From: a virus
Lineage: Duplodnaviria > Caudoviricetes
DNA: 61,944 nucleotides
Direction: 5' to 3' (one strand)
IMG/VR virus record: IMGVR_UViG_3300020172_002942
Location: 1-61,944 of that record
The position numbers and the translations under genes were made by a program. This document shows, in pieces, positions 1-8,091 of the stretch; position 1 is the stretch's first letter, and each line of letters opens with the position of its first letter. Below the pieces are notes generated by a model. It saw only the letters and a list, made by a program, of their open reading frames with translations. It did not search any database and was not told the DNA's origin.

Positions 1-100
1 TATACCTTGCAATTGATTGCCTTTGCTATTCGTTTGTGTGGTTGCTTCTCTTTATTTTATTAGTATGGTGGTGGGAATAGGAGAGGGAGGAGGAGGGATT

Positions 101-175
101 TGTAGCTACATTTTGAAATAATTAACTTAATTTTTGTAGCTACATTTCAAATTTTTTACTAATTTTGTAGCTACA
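101..175. promoter_or_regulatory. Three copies of palindrome TGTAGCTACA (101-110, 135-144, 166-175); putative operators overlapping a TAATTTTG -7 promoter (160-167)
   Basis: Exact 10-bp palindrome three times, 34 and 31 bp apart, directly upstream of ORF 190 and the RHH-like ORF 384. Confidence 0.8.
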
Positions 176-189
176 ATAAAATATTTACT

Positions 190-381
190 ATGAGAGAAAC
201 AATAAAAAAAGAAGCAAATAAAATTTTAGACACATTTGATGGGTTAGATGGTATTTTAGATTGGGTAACAGTTAAACAATGTGCTATAATAACAATAGAT
301 GAAATAATGAAAGCAAGTATTAATCCTATTGATAGGGTTTTTTATTGGGAAGAAGTTAAAAAAGAAATAGAAAAATTATAA
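190..381 (+). CDS. Hypothetical phage protein (AKQCA...YW.EVK.EIEKL type, common in Bacteroidota phages)
   Basis: 63-aa ORF downstream of a promoter; recognisable C-terminal pattern. Confidence 0.7.
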   Translation: MRETIKKEANKILDTFDGLDGILDWVTVKQCAIITIDEIMKASINPIDRVFYWEEVKKEIEKL

Positions 382-383
382 TT

Positions 384-680
384 ATGGCAAAAAGCAAACC
401 AATTGGAGTTAGATTTGACTTATGTAAGTTGGATATGATTCAAAAAGAGCAGAATTTGACATCTGTTCAGCAAGTAGTAAATTATTTAATGGATAATTAT
501 GGTTCAAAAGAACCTAAAAGAGGCGCACCATTTAAAAATATGCCTCCTTACGACATAGATAGCTCAATAATGGCAGATTATCCAAGAGTGGTAGCAATAC
601 CTCGTGAAAATATGAAAACGCCTCCAGAGGGCTTAAAAGGGATAGATTTAGTTATTTGGAAAGCAGAGAACTGGAAATAA
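384..680 (+). CDS. Putative ribbon-helix-helix DNA-binding protein
   Basis: N-terminal KPIGVRF beta-strand followed by two helices (...SVQQVVNYLMDNY); palindromic operators upstream. Confidence 0.55.
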   Translation: MAKSKPIGVRFDLCKLDMIQKEQNLTSVQQVVNYLMDNYGSKEPKRGAPFKNMPPYDIDSSIMADYPRVVAIPRENMKTPPEGLKGIDLVIWKAENWK

Positions 681-684
681 TTCG

Positions 685-692
685 TATCTTAG
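685..692 (+). promoter_or_regulatory. Bacteroidota -7 promoter variant (TATCTTAG)
   Basis: TTCG-TATCTTAG immediately before ATG 697. Confidence 0.5.
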
Positions 693-696
693 CATA

Positions 697-852
697 ATGA
701 AAGGTAAATTAAAAATGATGAAACGAGCTGATGGTTCAACCTCTCCTCGTGGTTTATGGGACAATATTCGTGCAGCTGCTGGTTCAGGTAAAAAGCCTAC
801 AGAAGAAATGTTGAAACAAGAAAAGAAAATTAAAGCACAAGAAAAAAAATAA
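697..852 (+). CDS. Small basic phage protein, 51 aa (MKGKLKMMKRADGSTSPRGLWDNIRAAAGSGKKPT...), not in the ORF track
   Basis: ATG 697 to TAA 852; GLW.NIR motif typical of small basic phage proteins. Confidence 0.75.
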   Translation: MKGKLKMMKRADGSTSPRGLWDNIRAAAGSGKKPTEEMLKQEKKIKAQEKK

Positions 853-854
853 TT

Positions 855-1142
855 ATGGCATCAGAAGCTTGGCAACGTAAAGAAGGAAAAAATCCTGAAG
901 GTGGTCTTAACCAAAAAGGTCGTGATTCATACAATCGTGCACATGGTGGTCATCTTAAAGCACCTGTTAAATCAGGAACTAATCCTCGTAGAGTTGCTTT
1001 TGCAGCTAGATTTTCAGGAATGTTAGGAGCAATGAAAAAACCAAATGGTGAACCTACTCGCAAGGCACTTGCACTTAAAGCATGGGGATTCGGAAGTGTT
1101 GAAGCAGCTAGAAAATTTGCCAATACTCACAAAAAGTCGTAA
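855..1142 (+). CDS. DUF6321-like small basic phage protein
   Basis: AWQRKEGKNPEGGLN.KGR...LKAPV...RR.AF.AR motif. Confidence 0.75.
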   Translation: MASEAWQRKEGKNPEGGLNQKGRDSYNRAHGGHLKAPVKSGTNPRRVAFAARFSGMLGAMKKPNGEPTRKALALKAWGFGSVEAARKFANTHKKS

Positions 1143-1180
1143 ATTAGCAAAATATATTATAAACAAAAAAAAGAAATAAT

Positions 1181-1957
1181 ATGCCAGTAGGAGTTCGTTC
1201 AATGAGAAAAGTACCAGGTACAGGTTTAAGTCTTTATGAAAGTAGAGAAAAAACACCTACTGGTTTAAGTAATTCTTTTTCAGCAGGTGGTTTAACACCA
1301 GAAGATTTAGTAGCTTACGCTAGAAAATATAATCTTCCAACTACGTCAAATAGAGAGTTTCAACAAGCTCAATATGACATGATGATGAAAACACCAGAAG
1401 GAAGAGATGCTATAAAAGCAATGGAAGTAAAATATGGTAAACCAAGATCTGGTAATTATGCAGACAATATGCTTGGTGCAAGAACACTTGACATGATGAT
1501 GTCAAGTCCATCACGTCCTATGGAAGATCCTATTTTAATGGAAAGACCAAAATTTACTCCAAAACAACCGACAATAGAATATGTAAATGACAATACTCCA
1601 TTAATACCTAATCCAGTTACTACACCTAATTTAACTCCTGTAGAACAACAAGTAGTAAATCAAGATGAAAAACATGGTAAATATGTAGTTGAAAGACCTA
1701 ATTGGTCTTTGTGGGGGGAAGATGATCGTTATGGTGGTTTAGGTGGATATAGAAACGGCCAAGCCCCTCATTGGTATAATTTAATAAGACAAATAAAACG
1801 TGGGGCTGATAGAAGAATGTTAAGAAAATATAAGGAACAAAATCCTACAGGAACTAAATATGGAGGGCCAATGACTGACGAGCAATATTATAGATGGTGG
1901 AAAGGAACGGGTAATAGCGGGCCTGCTCCTAAAATAGGATCAGTAGTAGAATACTAA
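1181..1957 (+). CDS. Hypothetical protein, possibly virion cargo; N-terminal ~105 aa paralogous to ORF 1979
   Basis: Shared KVPGTGL.LY...EKTPTG...KYNLPTTSNR.FQ.AQY...LGART. Confidence 0.7.
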   Translation: MPVGVRSMRKVPGTGLSLYESREKTPTGLSNSFSAGGLTPEDLVAYARKYNLPTTSNREFQQAQYDMMMKTPEGRDAIKAMEVKYGKPRSGNYADNMLGARTLDMMMSSPSRPMEDPILMERPKFTPKQPTIEYVNDNTPLIPNPVTTPNLTPVEQQVVNQDEKHGKYVVERPNWSLWGEDDRYGGLGGYRNGQAPHWYNLIRQIKRGADRRMLRKYKEQNPTGTKYGGPMTDEQYYRWWKGTGNSGPAPKIGSVVEY

Positions 1958-1978
1958 ATAAAAATAAAAAAATAATAT

Positions 1979-3232
1979 ATGCCAGTAAGTATTCGTTCAA
2001 TGAGGAATTTAAATAAGGGTGTAAAAGTTCCTGGAACAGGTTTGGTTCTTTACCCTGGTGGTACCGAAAAAACTCCTACAGGAGAAAGTAATGCATTTGT
2101 AAATTCTGGTTTAACAGCTGAAGATTTATTGTCATATGCAAAAAAATATAATTTACCTACTACATCAAATAGAGATTTTCAAAAAGCTCAGTATGAATTA
2201 TTAAATAGTACACCAACTGGAAGAAGATCATTGGAAATTATGCAGAAGAAATTTGGTAAATCAAAAGCAGGTACATATGTAGATGACATTTTAGGAGCAA
2301 GAACAATGGCAATGATGAAAAATACTCCTACTATAGGAGGGGAAGAACATATCCGAATTGTACCTAAAGAAATTCCTATAACTCCATTAGAAATACCAAA
2401 AAAAATACCTGATATAGCAGGATTAAAAGGTAATTATTATATTAGTTGGCCAGGAGATAGATCATATGCTAAAGAAAACAATTTAAATCATATAGATGGT
2501 TATAATCAATTACCATTAAGTTCTTATAAAGATTTAGAGTATATTAAAAATGAAGCGGCAAAAAGAGGGATTGAGCCAGGTGGATACACAGAACATAAAG
2601 AAGGAGATATTGATTGGAAAAATAAAATTGGTGAAAACCCAGCTAGCGGATTTTATAATTTAAATTATGCATTAGATAGATTTTCGGCACTTGATTTACC
2701 ACAAGATGAAGATGTTTATAATCAATTACTTAAAGAAGTATATCCAAATGAAGTTGTTAATCCAGAAGAATATAAAGAAAATAGAACTAAGATACCAATG
2801 GGTATCATAGATGTAAAAACAGGTAAATTTATTCCAGAAGAAACAGATAAAACAAAAGATACTTGGAAGTATGCATATCTTAAAAAAATGACCGAAAAAT
2901 ATCCTGAATATTTTGACTTGACAAAGTCTGCAAATATGGTTCCAAAAGAAATATATGAAGCTTCACCTGGTGGCAGAGGATATAATACAGGTAGAGGTGT
3001 AGGTGTACAAGATAGAAAAATAATTAATGAATTAAACCAATTTCATCCCGATGTAGATTCAGAACATCCTAGATACGAATGGAAAAATAAAGGGGTTGAT
3101 GGAGAAGTTGGTATGTGGAAAAGTGAAGCACCTGAAGGAGCAAATGCTTATGATAGAAGATATAGGTATGGAAGTAGGCTAGATAAAAGTACTCCTATGA
3201 GAAGAAAAACAGATGCAATGATAAAACAATAA
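1979..3232 (+). CDS. Hypothetical protein, possibly virion cargo; paralog of ORF 1181 with an unrelated C-terminus
   Basis: Shared N-terminal domain; 417-aa ORF. Confidence 0.7.
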   Translation: MPVSIRSMRNLNKGVKVPGTGLVLYPGGTEKTPTGESNAFVNSGLTAEDLLSYAKKYNLPTTSNRDFQKAQYELLNSTPTGRRSLEIMQKKFGKSKAGTYVDDILGARTMAMMKNTPTIGGEEHIRIVPKEIPITPLEIPKKIPDIAGLKGNYYISWPGDRSYAKENNLNHIDGYNQLPLSSYKDLEYIKNEAAKRGIEPGGYTEHKEGDIDWKNKIGENPASGFYNLNYALDRFSALDLPQDEDVYNQLLKEVYPNEVVNPEEYKENRTKIPMGIIDVKTGKFIPEETDKTKDTWKYAYLKKMTEKYPEYFDLTKSANMVPKEIYEASPGGRGYNTGRGVGVQDRKIINELNQFHPDVDSEHPRYEWKNKGVDGEVGMWKSEAPEGANAYDRRYRYGSRLDKSTPMRRKTDAMIKQ

Positions 3233-3256
3233 TATAAATTAAAAATAATAAATAAA

Positions 3257-3628
3257 ATGTCTAGTGAAAAATTTTCTTATTTAGTATCTTATTTAAAAGA
3301 TTCTTTTGAACAATCTGTAGTTTGGCACCATCAAACTGATTCATATGCAGTACATAAAGCATTGGGTAATTTTTATGATGAAATAGTTGAATTAACTGAT
3401 GGGTTAGTAGAAAGCGTAAGTGGTATTTATGATAGACCAACTCATTATGAGCTTGATAGCCCAGTAGATTATAAAAACGTAGAACAAGTAGTTAAATATT
3501 TTAAATCAGTTTACAATACAATTGAAAAAGAAAGAAAAAATATTTATCAAGAAAGCTGGATTCAAAATCAAGTAGATGAAATAGCTCAATTGTTTGCAGA
3601 AACACTTTACTTACTTAGTTTAAAATAA
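3257..3628 (+). CDS. DUF5856 / ferritin-Dps-like four-helix protein
   Basis: WH.QT.SYA.HKAL..FYD......D.LVE...G motif. Confidence 0.75.
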   Translation: MSSEKFSYLVSYLKDSFEQSVVWHHQTDSYAVHKALGNFYDEIVELTDGLVESVSGIYDRPTHYELDSPVDYKNVEQVVKYFKSVYNTIEKERKNIYQESWIQNQVDEIAQLFAETLYLLSLK

Positions 3629-3634
3629 TATGTC

Positions 3635-4786
3635 ATGGCATTAAGTTCAATGAAAGGTTCAGGCCCTGTGAAAAAACTTCATCCTCAAATAGAAGAAAAG
3701 ATTAATTATATATTAAGCCCTAATTATAAAAGAAGGCTTTTAGAAATGGGAGAGCCAGAAGAAACGGTTATGAAATTAATACAAGATAGAGTAAATGTAT
3801 TAAAAAATACAGAACTTAGACCTTATAAAAGTACAGGAGGTGATTGGACTGGTGGAGGAAGTGCAAGCAAGGATCTTAAAACAAATAGGCCATATTTGGC
3901 TTATGATAGTACAAAATCAAATGCTGATACTATATTTGCTCATGAATTAGGGCATTTAACTTCTGGAGTTGATAGAAATACATTACCTAATACAACATAT
4001 CAACCTCATTACGGTGCGTATAGAAGTATTTATGATTCAAGAAATGAATTGGGTAAAGTTTTAGGAAGCGGAGGATCAATGTATATGTCCCCAGTTGAAA
4101 AATATTTTATTGATTTACAAAATAAAAATTCTAATGAACTTCCTAAAAAAGGATTCTTATTCGATAAATGGCATAATGGTAGATCAATTAATGATTGGTT
4201 TTATAATAAACCAAATGAAGAAAAAAATCCAAGTACTAATTTCCCATTAGGCACTCGTGTTAATTTAGATCAAGTTATATTAGAACAACCATCGACATCC
4301 ATTGCTTCAGGTACTAGGAATCCTACTGTTACTAATACAGTTAAAGTAATGAAAAAAAATCCAACTTTTGTATCTAGACTTTTAGATAACCCAGCATATA
4401 ACGAAGCTTTTTTAAGTAATATACACGAATTTGATCCATATCAATCTAATAATGGAATACCAGGGAAAAGTTATGCAACTAGTTTGTCTGGCGTTCTAAG
4501 CGGACAGTATGATCCACATGATTACGGGGCTGGTGAAAATAAAGCAGATTTAGATGCTGTAAGATTTGTTCTTAAAAAGAATGGTTACACCCAAAATTAT
4601 GGTGACAATATAACACCAGAATTATGGCAAAAAGCATTACAAGATAAAAGAGTAAATCAAGATGAACATATAAAAAGAATGAGAAAAAACTTTGATGACA
4701 AAGCTATTATTAATTTAAATAATAGAGTGGCTTACGAAAATGCTTCGCCACTAGGAATAATGAAAAATACTGATTACCTTTCATAG
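3635..4786 (+). CDS. Zincin-like metallopeptidase-domain protein, possibly virion-associated
   Basis: HELGH (HExxH) plus downstream E.KADL..VR. Confidence 0.55.
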   Translation: MALSSMKGSGPVKKLHPQIEEKINYILSPNYKRRLLEMGEPEETVMKLIQDRVNVLKNTELRPYKSTGGDWTGGGSASKDLKTNRPYLAYDSTKSNADTIFAHELGHLTSGVDRNTLPNTTYQPHYGAYRSIYDSRNELGKVLGSGGSMYMSPVEKYFIDLQNKNSNELPKKGFLFDKWHNGRSINDWFYNKPNEEKNPSTNFPLGTRVNLDQVILEQPSTSIASGTRNPTVTNTVKVMKKNPTFVSRLLDNPAYNEAFLSNIHEFDPYQSNNGIPGKSYATSLSGVLSGQYDPHDYGAGENKADLDAVRFVLKKNGYTQNYGDNITPELWQKALQDKRVNQDEHIKRMRKNFDDKAIINLNNRVAYENASPLGIMKNTDYLS

Positions 4787-4820
4787 GTTTGTTTTTTCAT
4801 ATAGTTTTAGTTAGAATCGT

Positions 4821-4854
4821 AACCCCTAAGTTTTTACTTGGGGGTTTGTGTTTT
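4821..4854. terminator. Hairpin between convergent units (AACCCCTAAGT-TTTT-ACTTGGGGGTT)
   Basis: GC stem followed by a T-rich tract. Confidence 0.65.
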
Positions 4855-4941
4855 ATCATCATCTTCAAATGGTGCATTATTTATTTCGTATGCTATCCAA
4901 AATATTATTATCATTAATATAAGTATTACTATATATATCAT
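4834..4941 (-). CDS. 35-aa single-TM membrane peptide (MIYIVILILMIIIFWIAYEINNAPF...), not in the ORF track
   Basis: Open frame with a hydrophobic N-terminus, coupled to the upstream small ORF. Confidence 0.5.
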   Translation of the reverse strand: MIYIVILILMIIIFWIAYEINNAPFEDDDKTQTPK

Positions 4942-4942
4942 G

Positions 4943-5032
4943 TTATTTGTTTTTAAATTCTTTGTACATTAATAGTGTAGCGAATATTGCCGCCAATAAT
5001 ACACTGCCAATAATTCCAATTAAAAGTCCCAT
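4943..5032 (-). CDS. 29-aa single-TM peptide (MGLLIGIIGSVLLAAIFATLLMYKEFKNK), not in the ORF track
   Basis: Open frame tightly packed between neighbours. Confidence 0.5.
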   Translation of the reverse strand: MGLLIGIIGSVLLAAIFATLLMYKEFKNK

Positions 5033-5036
5033 ATTA

Positions 5037-5300
5037 TTAAGTTATTGGTTGATCATCTAATATTTTAACACCTGCGTCTGTTAATGGTCTAGCGAATATT
5101 CTTAGTTTTTTACCTGTATTTGGGCATACAAATGTTACACCTGCGTCCTGGTAAGCCTTAATAACTAATTCAATTGCTCCATGTTCATCAGGGCTTGCTC
5201 CTATTACGTGAATATCATCGTAATCAAATTGCATACAGAAATCACATCCTTCTGTATATGGTTTAGCTTCCTCTGGTATGTTTGCTTTTTTCTTTGCCAT
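5037..5300 (-). CDS. Hypothetical protein
   Basis: ORF in the leftward operon, A-rich start. Confidence 0.65.
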   Translation of the reverse strand: MAKKKANIPEEAKPYTEGCDFCMQFDYDDIHVIGASPDEHGAIELVIKAYQDAGVTFVCPNTGKKLRIFARPLTDAGVKILDDQPIT

Positions 5301-5301
5301 T

Positions 5302-5670
5302 TTATTTTTCGTTTATTTCTTTAATATCTACAATTTTTACTTCTTCCCCAGACAACATAGCATCTAAAGTATCTTCTATTAGTTCTCTTTGTTCTGGAGT
5401 TAATAAGGCTACCTTTTCAATGATGGCAGGAACAGCAAAAACATCGCTTTGTATTTCGTGCTTAATGCCATCCCTAACTTCACTTGTTAAAAATGGGTGA
5501 GTTACAATATCTGAAAACATCCAATCTATTCTATCAATATATTTTTTAAATAGTCTTGATCCTGAAGAGTTAGGATATTGTCTTGTAAAATCCAAAAACT
5601 GTTCTTGTGCCATTTTCATATTTTGAATGGCATTAATAATGTTTGCACCCTTTTTTACTTCTTGGTTCAT
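5302..5670 (-). CDS. Hypothetical protein
   Basis: Start overlaps the stop of the exonuclease gene. Confidence 0.7.
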   Translation of the reverse strand: MNQEVKKGANIINAIQNMKMAQEQFLDFTRQYPNSSGSRLFKKYIDRIDWMFSDIVTHPFLTSEVRDGIKHEIQSDVFAVPAIIEKVALLTPEQRELIEDTLDAMLSGEEVKIVDIKEINEK

Positions 5671-6389
5671 TTATTAAAATTCAAATGTGTTTCTTCTAAT
5701 TCTCTTAAAAACTCTCTTGCTTTTTCTACTTTTTGTTGGATGCGTAATATGTCATCTTCGTTCCTACCAACATTAAACATTAGTACTCTTTCATCAATAG
5801 CAATATCATCAAAAGACATGTTAAACTCTATCTTCATGGCTTCTTTTACATATTCTGGGTTTTCTTCTGTAGCTACATCCATTTTTTTAAGCAAATAGTA
5901 TTTTTCTTGTTCTATTATGCTTTCTGGTGTATTTACTAAACAATATGCAATAACAGCACTTTTTGCCCCTGTTAACCACATATAAGACTGCATTTGCCAA
6001 TGGTATAAACTATCCAACTTATCTGGTATATTGCCTATAAATGTCCATAAATCATAACTAGACTTAATATCAATTATTCTATCATTATCAATAATATCTG
6101 GGAATCCAGTTATATAATCATTGGTAAATCTTTTGTCATTTTTGCTAAATGGCATTTTTAAATACATAGAAAGCAATTCAATAGAATCTTGTTCTACTTC
6201 TATTCCTTTCTTCATTTGTTTTGTTTGTATGTCCTTTTTACGTCCATACTTTTCAGCAATATAAACATCTAATAAATGTTTTTGAGCTGTTTTAGATAAC
6301 AACCCAGCTTCTTTATCAGCCTTTGATTGCGGTTCAGTCATTAAATAGCCTACAGAGCTTGCTCTGATGTGTGTGTTTTCCCATTGCAT
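5667..6389 (-). CDS. YqaJ/lambda-exonuclease-like PD-(D/E)xK nuclease
   Basis: IRASS...KG.EVE...TG.PDII...DIKSS...Y.WQ.Q.YM motifs. Confidence 0.85.
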   Translation of the reverse strand: MQWENTHIRASSVGYLMTEPQSKADKEAGLLSKTAQKHLLDVYIAEKYGRKKDIQTKQMKKGIEVEQDSIELLSMYLKMPFSKNDKRFTNDYITGFPDIIDNDRIIDIKSSYDLWTFIGNIPDKLDSLYHWQMQSYMWLTGAKSAVIAYCLVNTPESIIEQEKYYLLKKMDVATEENPEYVKEAMKIEFNMSFDDIAIDERVLMFNVGRNEDDILRIQQKVEKAREFLRELEETHLNFNK

Positions 6390-6392
6390 AAT

Positions 6393-6758
6393 TTACAGTG
6401 TTTTAAATTTATTATTATAGTATTCTAGTAATTCAGGATTGCTTTTGCTCATTAACTCCCAGGCTTTTAATTCTTCTTTTGTTTTGCAAGAATCAATAAA
6501 GTCTTTGGTTTTTTCAGCTAAAGTTTTTTTTGATTGAGTAGGAATTATTTCTTCAGAAATTTGTTCATCATAAAAATATCCTAGTTCTTTTAATCTGATA
6601 ACGCTTTGTTTGTGATATTCTTCTACTAATTCTCTAGCAGCGTCTAACGCTTTGCCTGCCGAATCTCCTTCATTAAGAGCAAATTCAACGCCAATTTTTT
6701 CAGAAGAATAATTTCCTAAATTAAAAGTTCTAGTGTAGTTAACGGTTTGTATATGCAT
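6393..6758 (-). CDS. Hypothetical protein (RTFNLGNYSSEKI type), possibly recombination-associated
   Basis: Motif typical of phage proteins found next to exonucleases. Confidence 0.65.
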   Translation of the reverse strand: MHIQTVNYTRTFNLGNYSSEKIGVEFALNEGDSAGKALDAARELVEEYHKQSVIRLKELGYFYDEQISEEIIPTQSKKTLAEKTKDFIDSCKTKEELKAWELMSKSNPELLEYYNNKFKTL

Positions 6759-6768
6759 ATATTTTGGT

Positions 6769-6966
6769 TTATTTAATTCTAATTACAGTAGTTACATCAT
6801 CTTTTATTCTTATTTTAAATATTTTGTCCTTATGCTCTTTTTTACGTTTTAACATTGATACCATAACTGTAACTGATGTGTATGGGTTGTTAAATAATGC
6901 AATGTCATTAATTTCTAATTTACCGACTTTGCTACTTACTGAATCTGGGCTAATATCTCGTGCCAT
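6769..6966 (-). CDS. Small basic hypothetical protein, possibly DNA-binding
   Basis: First gene after the leftward promoter at 6983-6990. Confidence 0.6.
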   Translation of the reverse strand: MARDISPDSVSSKVGKLEINDIALFNNPYTSVTVMVSMLKRKKEHKDKIFKIRIKDDVTTVIRIK

Positions 6967-6982
6967 ATGTTTTATTTTTTAT

Positions 6983-7041
6983 CAAAATTAATTTAATTAA
7001 TTTAATTAAAAAAATATATTTAATTAAATTTTGTATATTTG
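6983..7041. promoter_or_regulatory. Divergent Bacteroidota promoters: leftward TAATTTTG (6983-6990) and rightward TATATTTG (7034-7041), with TTAATTAAATTAA boxes between them
   Basis: Exact TAnnTTTG matches on both strands. Confidence 0.7.
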
Positions 7042-7045
7042 CTTT

Positions 7046-7107
7046 TCATATGCAATCAGTGTTAACGGTTTAACTCCCCCTTACGTTTCTACGTTGAGGG
7101 GTTTTTT
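7046..7107 (+). ncRNA. Putative ~60-nt small RNA with its own promoter and terminator
   Basis: Promoter 7034-7041, then hairpin CCCCTTACGT-TTCT-ACGTTGAGGGG plus T6; no credible ORF. Confidence 0.55.
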
Positions 7108-7548
7108 GTTCACTATAGTGCACCTTTCACGTTTCCGTAAACGGCATAAAAAAGTGGACAAGTCAAGTTTTACCTTTACTTTATTACAATTTTTGTCAAG
7201 TTATACCTTTACTTTGTAACATATTTATATGCTTATTTGTTACCGAAAAATATATTAAAGTAACATTTGCGCCCGTTTATTTTAATTTGCGCCCATAAAG
7301 TAACTTAAAAGACACATTTTGCGACACTTTGTGCTTTTTATGACACATTTTGCGACATTTTGCACATCTAAAAGTGCTTTTTTGTGAAAAAATCACAATT
7401 TATTATAATTTAGGTACAACAAGATATTAGAATTATAATTCTAATTTGCATGAGTTTTACCAAAAAAGCACATCTAAAAGTGCATTTTTAGAAACATATT
7501 GCTAATTTATAAGTCAAAATGAGCCGTATTTGATTGATAATCGGCTCA
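7107..7548. repeat. Non-coding array of about ten different paired direct or inverted repeats, operator-like
   Basis: GTCAAGTTwTACCTTTACTTT x2, ATTTGCGCCC x2, GACACATTTTGCGACA x2, GCACATCTAAAAGTGC x2, perfect 20-bp palindrome at 7426-7445, TGAGCCG-N15-CGGCTCA. Confidence 0.85.
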
Positions 7549-8091
7549 CTATTGATTGATAAATTTACTTTTGATTAAAAATAGCTTTGATCTATATTCA
7601 ATAATCAAATGCTTTAATTCTTCTCTTGTTGGTTTTGCTACTTGTCTTGCTGTTTCTTGTAAATAATCAACTATTCCCTTGTGCTCGTTTTCTAAATTCT
7701 TTTCAAATACTTGTAAATTGCCTGATAGTAAGCAATTATCATGTTCTGATTGTGGTCTGCAATTTGCTTCCATCCATCTCGTACCTAAATTTGCTCTAGG
7801 AATAAAATGTCCATTTTGTATTTTTGTCCAATGGTATTTTTTACCTGATGTAAAACATTCAACCATTCCTTCTTTATCCGCATACTTACAACGAATGTAT
7901 TGGCTAAATATTGCATCTAAATCCTGGACAAGGTTTTGAAAACTTTCTGTATCATCTTCAAACTCTTCCATTCTCTTTTGTGTGGAATGTATTGTAGCAC
8001 ACTGTTTGCACATCTTTTTTGAAAAATGATAATCTATTTTACCACAGTTAACACATCTTTTTTTCTTTACAATAATTGTACTATTACGCAT
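7549..8091 (-). CDS. ninG: NinG/Rap-family recombination endonuclease with N-terminal Zn finger
   Basis: LD.IFS.YIR...C.T.G...Q.GHFI.R...TRW.E.NC.PQ...N motif. Confidence 0.85.
   Translation of the reverse strand: MRNSTIIVKKKRCVNCGKIDYHFSKKMCKQCATIHSTQKRMEEFEDDTESFQNLVQDLDAIFSQYIRCKYADKEGMVECFTSGKKYHWTKIQNGHFIPRANLGTRWMEANCRPQSEHDNCLLSGNLQVFEKNLENEHKGIVDYLQETARQVAKPTREELKHLIIEYRSKLFLIKSKFINQ

Noticed and set aside
7031-7219. 62-aa ORF from the track
   Set aside because: Its TTG start lies on the promoter and the frame runs through a terminator and the motif array
7382-7398. CRP or Rex binding site
   Set aside because: The spacer is 5 bp (TGTGA-N5-TCACA), one short of both consensus sites; kept only as an unnamed palindrome
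7107-7548. CRISPR array or replication iterons
   Set aside because: No single repeat recurs more than twice and there is no constant repeat-spacer period; a better ori candidate lies in the initiator gene
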